A stretch of DNA of 64,000 nucleotides from Patescibacteria group bacterium (lineage in GTDB: Bacteria; Patescibacteriota; Patescibacteriia; Patescibacteriales; GWC2-42-12): positions 1,331 to 65,330 of the forward strand of contig JBAZRI010000003.1 in the NCBI GenBank assembly GCA_041662965.1, given 5' to 3'. The position numbers and the translations under genes were made by a program. Positions 44,320 through 53,040 of this stretch are shown here, one piece after another. The notes under the pieces were generated by a model. The model was not told the origin of the DNA. It did no database searches and saw nothing but the letters and a program-made list of their open reading frames with translations. Each line of letters opens with the position of its first letter. Positions within the stretch are counted from its first letter, which is position 1.

Positions 44320-44580
44320 AGGGAAAAAATAAAAAAACAGTTTGGCTCTCCCGTGTTCGCATTTTAAATACATTTCAAAATCACCCGGGGGTTCGGGGGT
44401 TGGAGTTGGCGCCAAGGCTTACAGCAGGAAGATTAATTAATAAGATAGCCAATCGGAAACCCCCGAGACTTTTTGCTTACTTTTTAGTCATAAAAAGTAA
44501 GTCCTAGCGAAGCGCCACGAATGCCAAAATTTTCAAAAAAGTATACAAAATTATTTAAATAAATATTTAATAAACAATTA

Positions 44581-44609
44581 AAAAAGAGCTATTTAGCTCT
44601 CTTTTTTTA
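44581..44609. terminator. bidirectional terminator
   Basis: Hairpin AGAGCT-ATTT-AGCTCT flanked by A5 and T7. Confidence 0.6.
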
Positions 44610-44627
44610 TTTTACAAATTTATTTTT

Positions 44628-44942
44628 TTATCCGGCCGCGGTTAATAAGGCGTCAAAAATAAAGCGGGTCAGGCTATAAGCCGCGAGAATTATAATCAAA
44701 CCGATGACCGATTCGGTTAAAACTTTTTTCGCCGATAAAACTTTCGCCTCATTCCCGGCCGAAGTCATCCATAAAAATCCGCCGTAAATAATCAGGCCTA
44801 AAAATATTATCCCGATCAGCGATAAAAAAGTGCCGATTAAGGCGCCGATAATCTCCGGGATGGATCGGGGGTTACTAAAACCGGCCGCTTCCGCGGTTGT
44901 TTTTAAATACTCCATCATTTTTTGATATGCCGAATCGTTCAT
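44628..44942 (-). CDS. small TrbC/VirB2-like 'T4SS pilin' domain protein
   Basis: 104 aa. IIGALIGTFLSLIGIIFLGLIIYGGFLWMTSAGNEAKVLSAKKVLTESVIGLIIILAAY is the same two-helix domain found in the large surface proteins. Confidence 0.75.
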   Translation of the reverse strand: MNDSAYQKMMEYLKTTAEAAGFSNPRSIPEIIGALIGTFLSLIGIIFLGLIIYGGFLWMTSAGNEAKVLSAKKVLTESVIGLIIILAAYSLTRFIFDALLTAAG

Positions 44943-44959
44943 AATATCTAACTCATTAA

Positions 44960-45259
44960 TTAATTTTTACGCGCTTGCTTCTTTTTTTCCGCCCGATTTT
45001 TCATAAGTTCCACTAATTTTTTTACGCCTTCCATGATTAAGGGCAGATAAGAAGCGCTATGCTCAATTTTTTCTTTTACCATTTTTACGAGTTCATCAAA
45101 CTTATTAAGCCGCTCGCGAGTTTCTTTCAGCACTTTAAAAAACTGCTGTAAAATTCTGGCTAAATAATAAATCGCCCAGCAAGAAAATATGGTAAATAAT
45201 AAAACCGATAAGGCAATAATTATATTTAATAAATCGCGGCTATCGTTGATTAACGGCAT
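44960..45259 (-). CDS. hypothetical membrane protein with a coiled-coil tail
   Basis: 99 aa with one TM helix. It ends 17 nt upstream of the pilin-like gene. Confidence 0.5.
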   Translation of the reverse strand: MPLINDSRDLLNIIIALSVLLFTIFSCWAIYYLARILQQFFKVLKETRERLNKFDELVKMVKEKIEHSASYLPLIMEGVKKLVELMKNRAEKKKQARKN

Positions 45260-45340
45260 AATATTATAAATTAAAATTTAAAAATCAAAATGTAAAATAA
45301 TAGCTTAAAACCTAACCACCCGCCTGATTATAATTTAAGT

Positions 45341-46180
45341 TTACTGCAAATCCAATCGTTTTTTAATTTTTCCGACGATCTCTTCGGTCGTGAAATGCGC
45401 TTTGACCAAATAGTCATTCGCTCCTAAATCCAAAGCTTTTTTATTATCTTCTTCCTGGCCTAAATTAGTAAGCATAATAACCGGCACATTCTTAACCACT
45501 TTATTGCTATGCGAACGGATTTCTTTTAAGACCTCAAAACCGTCCATAGCCGGTAAAATAATATCCAAGAGAACAACCGCCGGCATAAATTCGCCGACTT
45601 TTTTTACGGCGTCTTCCCCGTTGGCCGCCACGGCGACATTAAAACCTTCTTTCTTTAATTTTTTATAACAAATATCGCGCAGAAACGAATCGTCTTCAAC
45701 CAATAATACTTTAACGCCGTCGCTGGTGTCTTCTTCTTTTTCTTTATCAGTTTTCTCTTCTTTTCCATTATTAGCCCCGGCCGGATTGTCCAATATTTTT
45801 TTTACTTTTTCCACGACCTCGGCCGGATTAATCTGGGTTTTAACTATATAATCAGCCGCGCCCAATTTTTTTATTTTTTCTATTTCAACGTCCTGGCCGG
45901 AATTGGAAATTACGATTATCGGAATTTTATTATCTTTTTTTTGCAAATTTTCCAAAACTTCATAACCGTTCATTATCGGCATAATTATATCAAGTAAAAT
46001 CATATCCGGCCGCCATTCTTCAATTTTATTCAAGCCGTCTTCTCCGTTAACTTCCGCCGCCACTTCAAAGCCTTCAAGCTTAAATTTTGACGATAAAACG
46101 CTGGCCAAAGCATCCTCGTCTTCAATTATTAAAACTTTTTTATTTCCCTCGTTGGAAATTTTATTTTTTTTAGTTGGCAT
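45341..46180 (-). CDS. response regulator with two receiver domains and no output domain
   Basis: Two REC units: VLIIEDE...DMILLDIIMPIMNGYEVL...K and VLLVEDD...VVLLDIILPAMDGFEVL...K. Confidence 0.85.
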   Translation of the reverse strand: MPTKKNKISNEGNKKVLIIEDEDALASVLSSKFKLEGFEVAAEVNGEDGLNKIEEWRPDMILLDIIMPIMNGYEVLENLQKKDNKIPIIVISNSGQDVEIEKIKKLGAADYIVKTQINPAEVVEKVKKILDNPAGANNGKEEKTDKEKEEDTSDGVKVLLVEDDSFLRDICYKKLKKEGFNVAVAANGEDAVKKVGEFMPAVVLLDIILPAMDGFEVLKEIRSHSNKVVKNVPVIMLTNLGQEEDNKKALDLGANDYLVKAHFTTEEIVGKIKKRLDLQ

Positions 46181-46199
46181 ATAAATTTTATATAATAAA

Positions 46200-48320
46200 C
46201 TATAAATTAGCTGTCTTATTGATTGGGATAAAAAAGCTTACTTCCGTGCCCTTGCCTTCTTCGCTTTTTAAGCTAACCTGGCCGTCATGCTTTTCAATAA
46301 TATTCTTGACGAGAAATAAGCCCAAACCGGTCCCTTCGGTTTCTAACTTAACCACATTAGCCGCCCGGAAAAACTTAGAAAACAGTTTCGGCTGATCCTC
46401 GGCCGGGATGCCGACTCCTTGGTCTTTAATTTTAACATGAAAATACTGTTTGTCAACTTCAATAATCACTTTAATTTTACCGTATTCGGGAGTATATTTT
46501 ATGGCGTTAGAGAGTAAATTCTGTAAAACCATAATCATTCTTTCTTTGTCTAAAAATACTTTTGGCAATTTAGGCGGTTTTTCAACCGTTAACTCTTGAT
46601 GGCTTTTAACCGCCAGACTCTCAACATTGCTGATGGCCGTATCTAGGACTTCTTGAAAATTAACTCTTTCAAAGTTAAAGCCAAATCGGCCTTCTTCAAT
46701 GCGGGAAACATTTAATAAATCATTAACCAGCCTGATAATTCTTTCGTTGCTTAAATAGCCTTTATTTAATAATTCTTGCTGTTCTATGCTTAACTTCCCG
46801 GCATCACCGTCCAAAATCATCTTAATTACCCATTTAATAGCCGACAAAGGGGTTCTTAATTGATGGGCGGCGATGGAAATAAATTCTGATTTCATTTTAT
46901 CAATGGCCTTCTCGCGCGTAGTGTCATAAAATATTTTCATAACGCCAAGCGGTTCATTGTTAAGGCTTAAGACTTTGGCCGTAATAACTTTAAAAGTTGT
47001 TCCTTGGGCATCTTCTTTTAAGCTGGCGTCTTTCAAGGTAATTTCTTCGGATATAAAATTATGGTCTTTACCACCTTCGCTGATTGGCTTGATTTCATAA
47101 TCGGTTTTAATAATTGGCTTGAAATTAGACATGCTGAATTTATTATCCGTAGCTACCTGCCGGCCCAAATCGGCGCTATTTAAACCGAAAACTCTGGAAG
47201 CGGCCGGATTGATCATGCCGATTTTATAATCCTTATCTAAAACAATAATTGGATCGGTAAAATTGGCGATAATAGCTAAAGTTTTATTTTCTTCTTCCTC
47301 CATTTCCCGCCTGGCCTCGGTATTATCTTCCAATATGTTAATCAAGGCTTTTTTTGATTGGTCCAGCTCCTTAACTTTAATTTGCAATTCATTGGTTTTT
47401 TTATTGACTATTTTTTCCAAGCTTAAATTCAGCTCTTCTAACTTATCGGCCAATTCTTCGGCTCTTTCCTCTTTTTCAACTTCTTTATTGGTTGACCTGA
47501 TTAATAAATAGCCGATCATTATATAAAGCAAGAACACGGTAATATTAACCAGCCTTGCCCGCATGTCTTGAGTTAAAAATATTTGGGCCAATAAAATCAA
47601 GCCGATTAAAGCCACGAGCAATTCGGTAAGGATAACTTTAATTTCAAACAGCTTTCTTTTGATAATGGCGTAAGTGGCTAGGCCCAGCCAGACAATTGAA
47701 AAATAAACCGGGGCGTCAAGATAGGAAAAAAATTTTTCCGGGAAAAAAAGCGGTAAAATTCCGTAAAAAAGAAAAGCGCCGAAAAAATAAACCGAAATAC
47801 CGGTTATAAAATATTTCATTTGCAGCCTTTTAGCGCCGATGCTTTTACGGTAAAAGCTGATTAAATAATAAAAAGGGATAATCAGCATCGGTAAAATTAA
47901 AACTCTGGCCAGCTGATTTAGCGGACCGGCCGTGGCCAGGCCGATAAACGGATATTGGTTGGAAACTTCATAAATTATATAAGGCGTGGCTAAAGAAATA
48001 ATGGATATGGCCGCTGATAAGCCATACCAAAAAATAAATTTTAATTTAAAAAACTTGGTTTTCCCCGTGAAATAATAAATAAAAATCACGTAAGAGCTGG
48101 CGGCTAAAGCGGTAAGCCAAGTCGCCTTAGTCCAGAACAGTTTGTTATCGAAAAAGAACACTCCAGCCCAAGCGAAAGCCGAAATCGCCGAAAAAAAAGC
48201 CACCCAGCCCAAATAAAAAGCTTCTTTGCTTTTGCCTTTTGACCAAATCAAAAAAGCAAAAATGCATTGCAAAAAAGCCGCGAGAAATAAGGCAATCGGC
48301 CTAAGCTGGGCTAAATCCAT
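46200..48320 (-). CDS. sensor histidine kinase (multi-TM, PAS-like, HisKA, HATPase)
   Basis: About 8 TM helices, H-box SIAAHQLRTPL, N-box LLSNAIKYT, and DQGVGI / GTGLGL. Confidence 0.88.
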   Translation of the reverse strand: MDLAQLRPIALFLAAFLQCIFAFLIWSKGKSKEAFYLGWVAFFSAISAFAWAGVFFFDNKLFWTKATWLTALAASSYVIFIYYFTGKTKFFKLKFIFWYGLSAAISIISLATPYIIYEVSNQYPFIGLATAGPLNQLARVLILPMLIIPFYYLISFYRKSIGAKRLQMKYFITGISVYFFGAFLFYGILPLFFPEKFFSYLDAPVYFSIVWLGLATYAIIKRKLFEIKVILTELLVALIGLILLAQIFLTQDMRARLVNITVFLLYIMIGYLLIRSTNKEVEKEERAEELADKLEELNLSLEKIVNKKTNELQIKVKELDQSKKALINILEDNTEARREMEEEENKTLAIIANFTDPIIVLDKDYKIGMINPAASRVFGLNSADLGRQVATDNKFSMSNFKPIIKTDYEIKPISEGGKDHNFISEEITLKDASLKEDAQGTTFKVITAKVLSLNNEPLGVMKIFYDTTREKAIDKMKSEFISIAAHQLRTPLSAIKWVIKMILDGDAGKLSIEQQELLNKGYLSNERIIRLVNDLLNVSRIEEGRFGFNFERVNFQEVLDTAISNVESLAVKSHQELTVEKPPKLPKVFLDKERMIMVLQNLLSNAIKYTPEYGKIKVIIEVDKQYFHVKIKDQGVGIPAEDQPKLFSKFFRAANVVKLETEGTGLGLFLVKNIIEKHDGQVSLKSEEGKGTEVSFFIPINKTANL

Positions 48321-48328
48321 AAAAATTA

Positions 48329-49144
48329 TTAATTATTTTTTGACTTATTTTCCAAATCTTTTATTTTATTTTTTAACTCAATCATTTTTAATTCCCTGCC
48401 TACCGTCTGTTTTTGAAATCTCTCCAGTTCGGCGACTTTACCGTCTAGCTCCCGGTTAGCCGCGGTTAATTCCCGGCCACGCTTAGTAAGATTCTTACTT
48501 TGCTCGTCTAGCTGCTGCATTTTTTCTTCAAATGATTTTTCGCGCTTAAACAGCATTTTAGCGCCATGGCCGGAGAATGACCCGACTATCACGTAAAAAA
48601 TCGCGATAGTTATAGTTTTAGTTAAAGCGATGGGCAAGCTTTGAAATTCTATGGTTGGCAGGCCGTAACGGGGAATATGGCTGATAATTCCGTAATACTC
48701 GGCGATAATTAATAAATTAATTGAAGCGCCGGCGGCAATGGCGGTTATGATTGAGCCTTTAGAGCCGAAAATCAATGAAGCTGAAACCACGGGCAGAAAA
48801 AAGAAAACCGTGGAGATGCTTTCAACTCCGCCGGCCGAATGCATAATGATGGTAAAAAAAACCAATTCAACGATAATCTGCGTATAGCTGATTAAAGCCA
48901 GCAATTTTTCGGAAAAAACTTTTTCCACTTTTTTTTGCGCGAAATGCAAAGCAATATTTATGGCGGAAAAAGCCACGAACAATAAAACCATGGCGGCGAA
49001 AGAAAACTCAACGTTAGAATGGCTGATGGTTTTAGTTAAAATGCCGATTAAAAGGATGCCAACCATGTAAACCCAGCGAATTTTAATAATCCACGCGTTA
49101 GTGACAATCCTTCTTTCTAAATTTACATCAAAATTTTTCGGCAT
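48329..49144 (-). CDS. multi-TM protein with a C-terminal coiled coil, co-operonic with the kinase
   Basis: 271 aa with about 6 TM helices. The tail is EEKMQQLDEQSKNLTKRGRELTAANRELDGKVAELERFQK. Its stop is 8 nt from the kinase start. Confidence 0.55.
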   Translation of the reverse strand: MPKNFDVNLERRIVTNAWIIKIRWVYMVGILLIGILTKTISHSNVEFSFAAMVLLFVAFSAINIALHFAQKKVEKVFSEKLLALISYTQIIVELVFFTIIMHSAGGVESISTVFFFLPVVSASLIFGSKGSIITAIAAGASINLLIIAEYYGIISHIPRYGLPTIEFQSLPIALTKTITIAIFYVIVGSFSGHGAKMLFKREKSFEEKMQQLDEQSKNLTKRGRELTAANRELDGKVAELERFQKQTVGRELKMIELKNKIKDLENKSKNN

Positions 49145-49166
49145 AAATTACAGCGATAAAAAACGC

Positions 49167-49988
49167 TTAAAAAATCGCGAAGAGCTTAAGCCAATCCCCG
49201 ACCGCTAGCTCCTGCGCCCTGATTTTCGGATTAAAGCCGGCCTTAGTTATTTTATCCTCGGCTTCAGCCTGATTAATCATCAGGCCGGCCGCCAAATTAT
49301 TCTTTAGCATTTTTCTTTTGGCGCTAAAGCCGAACTTCACCAGCCGAAAAAATTCTTTTTCCTTTACTTCCGGCTTTTCGCTCTTAGCTTCTAGTTTTAT
49401 TATTGCGCTATCAACTTCCGGCGCCGGCCAAAAACACTCCCTGGAGACTAACTTAATTATTTCCGGCTTGGCATAAAATTGCGCTGACACGGCCAAGAGG
49501 CTCATTTTCCCCGGCTTAGCCGTTATCCGTTCGGCCACTTCTTCCTGTAGCATCAGCACCATAAGCTCGGGCTTTATTTCAGTTTCCGATAAAAATTTTC
49601 TTAAAAAAAATGAAGTGATATTATACGGCAGATTCGCCACAATTTTATACCCCTCTTTAGCAAAGGACGGTAGAGAGGATTTTAATATATCGCCATTCAC
49701 CACCTCTACATTTTTAATCCCCTTGGCCGCTAAGCCGATACGCAAAACTTCGGCTAGTTTATCGTCAAGTTCAACGGCGATTACCCGCCCGGCTTTTTTC
49801 GCCAATTTGGCTGTTAAAAAACCCAAGCCGGGGCCGACTTCCAAAACCGTATCGTTAGACGTCAGGCCGGCCGCGGCCGTAATCTGGTCATAAATCTCTT
49901 CTTCTATAAGAAAATTCTGACCCTTAGAACGCGCCGGCTTGATATCGTAGAGGCGGCAAAGTTCTTTGGTTTGTTGGAGTAAATCCAT
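49167..49988 (-). CDS. rsmA: 16S rRNA (adenine1518/1519-N6)-dimethyltransferase
   Basis: GQNFL, VLEVGPGLGFLT and ANLPYNIT. Confidence 0.92.
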   Translation of the reverse strand: MDLLQQTKELCRLYDIKPARSKGQNFLIEEEIYDQITAAAGLTSNDTVLEVGPGLGFLTAKLAKKAGRVIAVELDDKLAEVLRIGLAAKGIKNVEVVNGDILKSSLPSFAKEGYKIVANLPYNITSFFLRKFLSETEIKPELMVLMLQEEVAERITAKPGKMSLLAVSAQFYAKPEIIKLVSRECFWPAPEVDSAIIKLEAKSEKPEVKEKEFFRLVKFGFSAKRKMLKNNLAAGLMINQAEAEDKITKAGFNPKIRAQELAVGDWLKLFAIF

Positions 49989-50000
49989 TTCTTGTTTTTC

Positions 50001-50516
50001 TTATTTAATCTTATCTCTAAATCCTGCTATAATATAATCAGCAACTTTTACAATTCTATCCAGCAAATTTGAATCAGCCTTGCTCATGCCGCAGCCAGAA
50101 CAGCCGCCGGGCGTTGCTAACACACCGTTGTCCATTTCAGTCATAGTCATGCCTGCGGCAATAATTGAATCGCCCGGCTTATATCCGGCCATTGAAGTTT
50201 GCGTCTTGGAAAATAAAGCCATGGTGCCGGAACCGCCGGCCATAGTGCCGTTAATCTCCGATTTGGTTGGGCAGGTTGCCTCATTTGTTATTGTTGCACA
50301 TAAGGTACTGCCCGTACCAATACAACACCTGCAACCAGCCGCAGTACAACATGATAAACTACATTGTATTTCCTTAGTATTGGTTAAACCTATCGGATAT
50401 GAATAAGTTCCAGAAGCTTCCACGGCTTTCTGCCAGCGAACTTTTGGCAAATAATAATAATATCCGCTGACTAAAATAATAATGATAAAAGTCAAAGCTA
50501 AAAGTAATTTTCTCAT
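50001..50516 (-). CDS. hypothetical membrane-anchored Cys-rich protein
   Basis: N-terminal TM helix, and the Cys-rich stretches CSLSCCTAAGCRCCIGTGSTLCATITNEATCP and GGCSGCG. Confidence 0.5.
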   Translation of the reverse strand: MRKLLLALTFIIIILVSGYYYYLPKVRWQKAVEASGTYSYPIGLTNTKEIQCSLSCCTAAGCRCCIGTGSTLCATITNEATCPTKSEINGTMAGGSGTMALFSKTQTSMAGYKPGDSIIAAGMTMTEMDNGVLATPGGCSGCGMSKADSNLLDRIVKVADYIIAGFRDKIK

Positions 50517-50547
50517 AGTAACTTTATTATACCATTTTTTATAAAAT

Positions 50548-51489
50548 ATGAAAAAAATTTTCCTTATCAGCTTAATATTTTGCCTAATATCGCCTAATAT
50601 TGCTAAAAGCGCCGCTTTGCTAGCAGGCAGAATATTACTGCAAATTGAAGAAAAGGGCCAGGCCTGGTATGTTCATCCGGAAAATCAAACCAGATATTAC
50701 TTAGGAACGCCGACCGACGCTTTTAATCTAATGCGGAAATTAAGCATTGGCATCAGCGATAAAGATTTGACGAAAATACCAATCGGTATTTCGGACAATA
50801 ATTACCCAGACAGCGATTCGGATGGCCTTTATGATAATTTAGAAGACGCTATCGGCACGGATAAACAAAATAAAGATACTGACAATGACAGTTATAACGA
50901 TAAAGAAGAATTGGACAACGGATATAACCCTCTTGGCGAGGGAAAACAACCTGTTGATAAAAAATTCACTCAAAAAAATTCCGGAAAAATATTTTTGCAG
51001 GTGGAAAAAAATGGCGAAGCTTGGTATGTTGAGCCCTTAGCGCAAAAACGATATTTTTTAGGACGGCCGGCCGATGCCTTCAAAATAATGAAAAACTTCG
51101 GTCTGGGAATTACTAACGCTGATTTGCAAAAAATTCCTATCAGCCTTTTGTTGATTAATGATATCCAAAATACGGATAATCCTGCGCCTATTACAACCAC
51201 CGGAGATGTAATGCAATTAGCGGCCGCGGCCATAAGAAAAGTTAACATAGAGCAAACCCTGTTGTATTTCACACCCAACATGCATAAATCAATTGAATAC
51301 TCTCTGCGACATATGAGAAAAGAAGATTTGCTCATACTGGCAAATATACTTTCCGGCAGCAGCCTGCAGTCGACTACGGAAAACAAAAAAGCCTATTTTA
51401 ATGAAGTGTATTTTCAAAACGAAAAACATCAGGTATATTTTTACGTAGAAAAACAGCCGGATGGCAAATGGCTGATAACGAATTTATAA
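50548..51489 (+). CDS. secreted protein with an internal domain duplication and TSP3-like repeats
   Basis: Signal peptide. Two units of about 55 aa (GRILLQIEEKGQAWYVHP...RYYLGTPTDAF and GKIFLQVEKNGEAWYVEP...RYFLGRPADAF), plus DSDSDGLYDNLED and DTDNDSYNDKEE. Confidence 0.6.
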   Translation: MKKIFLISLIFCLISPNIAKSAALLAGRILLQIEEKGQAWYVHPENQTRYYLGTPTDAFNLMRKLSIGISDKDLTKIPIGISDNNYPDSDSDGLYDNLEDAIGTDKQNKDTDNDSYNDKEELDNGYNPLGEGKQPVDKKFTQKNSGKIFLQVEKNGEAWYVEPLAQKRYFLGRPADAFKIMKNFGLGITNADLQKIPISLLLINDIQNTDNPAPITTTGDVMQLAAAAIRKVNIEQTLLYFTPNMHKSIEYSLRHMRKEDLLILANILSGSSLQSTTENKKAYFNEVYFQNEKHQVYFYVEKQPDGKWLITNL

Positions 51490-51530
51490 CACTACAATTA
51501 TTTTTTGTATTTGAAAATGATAATTTAAAT

Positions 51531-51569
51531 AAAAAGACACGCTTACATTAGGTTAAGCGTGTTTTTTTA
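51531..51569. terminator. bidirectional terminator
   Basis: 9 bp stem ACACGCTTA / TAAGCGTGT flanked by A5 and T7. Confidence 0.65.
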
Positions 51570-51989
51570 TTTCGCCGTCAATAAAATTATGCTAATGGTT
51601 CCGAGAATCAACCCGGCTAAAACCGTCGGGCTTAGGCTTTCTTTAAAAATAAAAACTCCGGCTAACGCGCCTACTATAAGGCTACCGATGCCGTAAGCCG
51701 GCATGGCTACGGATAAAGGAGCGCCGAATTTAAAAGTATAAAAGAAAAAAATGATCCCGGAAGCCAAGAGAACGCCTGTCAGACTAGAAATATAATAACC
51801 TTTGGCCGAAAAATTAACCCCTCCGTTATAAAAAGCGTAAATTAAAAAAGGAATGGCTACGAGCAATTGGGCTAACGAGATAATAAAAAGTGCCAAAAAA
51901 TAATTTATTTCATTGCCTAAAAATTTGAATAAAACATCAGAAAAAGTCCAAGCTAAAATTGTCAAAATTAAAAATAACAGCCAAAGCAT
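51567..51989 (-). CDS. small EamA/DMT-like membrane transporter
   Basis: 140 aa with 4-5 TM helices. The N-terminus AWTFSDVLFKFL is typical of EamA-type half-transporters. Confidence 0.6.
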   Translation of the reverse strand: MLWLLFLILTILAWTFSDVLFKFLGNEINYFLALFIISLAQLLVAIPFLIYAFYNGGVNFSAKGYYISSLTGVLLASGIIFFFYTFKFGAPLSVAMPAYGIGSLIVGALAGVFIFKESLSPTVLAGLILGTISIILLTAK

Positions 51990-52010
51990 AATTTTATTTT
52001 TATTGTCACG

Positions 52011-52107
52011 CTTGAGTTAAATTTAGAAAATTTTCGTGCGAGGACTGTTTGAGGCCGTGTTAAGCGGCCGAGTTCCGCAGTAGAAAATTTTCTAAATTTA
52101 ACTCAAG
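52011..52107. repeat. nested palindromic repeat, copy C
   Basis: Perfect outer arms cttgagttaaatttagaaaattttc / gaaaattttctaaatttaactcaag. The core is CGTGCGAGGACTGTTTGAG-GCCGTGTTAAGCGGCC-GAGTTCCGCAGTAG. Confidence 0.85.
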
Positions 52108-52162
52108 TTCTACTGTTGTCGTAATCAGTATAATTAAATTACTATATTTACTAACTTCCCTT

Positions 52163-53026
52163 TCACAAATCCTTTACTTTCCGCATATATTCTATAACTC
52201 CTTTCTCGCAATGATTTTCAGTATAATCAACAGCAAAATCCATTTTTTTATCAGCTAAAAGCTCTCTTTCTCCAACAAAAACAAATTGCATTTTTAAACC
52301 GCGCCGATTAAGCTCTTCGGCCATGGCGACATCGGATGGGCTATCGCCAAAAGCGATAAATTGTTCCGGTCTAATTTTCTTTTTATCAAGCCATGCCAAC
52401 GCTCTTCCCGCCCCGAGGTGCTTGCCGACATGCTTATTTTCTATATCAGTCGCGATGCGGGAAGGGTCAATTTTATAGTCATCGGTCAATTTATATTTTA
52501 CTAATAACTCAGCCAACGCTTGATTTAATAAATTCTGCTCCTCTTTAAATTTTTCCAACTCTAAATTATCAAGCATCTCTATTGAAATCATCGTTTTTTT
52601 GGTCTTATCATAAAACATTGTTGCCGAGAATCTTTGATTTACTAAAGCCATCACTTCTTTTTGTAGCCATTCAGGGACGGATATGGACTCATCAATATAC
52701 AGCTTCTTTTCTCCTTGGTCATTAAAAGTTACCGTTACCGCCCCTTTTTCGCCAACAGCTAATAAATTATGTAAAATTTTTTTATTAGCCACCATTTTTT
52801 CCAAAGGCTCAATAATTTTTTCCAACATAAAATCCGTAGCTCGGCCCGTGTTTAGCGCTACCGGTTCGCCTGCTTCCAACCTTTTAATTAATTGAAAAAA
52901 TATTTCTGGTTCTGTCACCTTTTTTTCGCTAGGATGGGTTAACACGCCGTCGACATCAAACAGCCAAGCATGTTCAACCGGCTTAAACTGCTCTTTATTT
53001 TCTTCTTTTATTTTTTCTTCAAACAT
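52163..53026 (-). CDS. HAD-superfamily hydrolase (phosphatase-like)
   Basis: Motif I is LFDVDGVLT. The C-terminal motif is FGDSPSDVAM. A cap region lies between them. Confidence 0.7.
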   Translation of the reverse strand: MFEEKIKEENKEQFKPVEHAWLFDVDGVLTHPSEKKVTEPEIFFQLIKRLEAGEPVALNTGRATDFMLEKIIEPLEKMVANKKILHNLLAVGEKGAVTVTFNDQGEKKLYIDESISVPEWLQKEVMALVNQRFSATMFYDKTKKTMISIEMLDNLELEKFKEEQNLLNQALAELLVKYKLTDDYKIDPSRIATDIENKHVGKHLGAGRALAWLDKKKIRPEQFIAFGDSPSDVAMAEELNRRGLKMQFVFVGERELLADKKMDFAVDYTENHCEKGVIEYMRKVKDL

Positions 53027-53040
53027 ATTTTATTTACCGC

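Noticed and set aside
44628-44942. Pilin-like genes considered as evidence for a type IV secretion or conjugation locus.
   Set aside because: No VirB4/VirD4 ATPases, VirB6/8/9/10 or relaxase are in the window. The domain appears as an anchor on diverse proteins, so I do not call a T4SS.
52011-52107. Minus-strand reading of the nested-repeat core (CUGCGGAAC...stem...UCAAACAGUC) superficially resembles a hammerhead ribozyme (CUGAUGA...GAAAC...GUC).
   Set aside because: The invariant A and G positions of the CUGAUGA and GAAA core boxes are not matched, so it cannot be called a hammerhead. It is left as an unclassified structured repeat.
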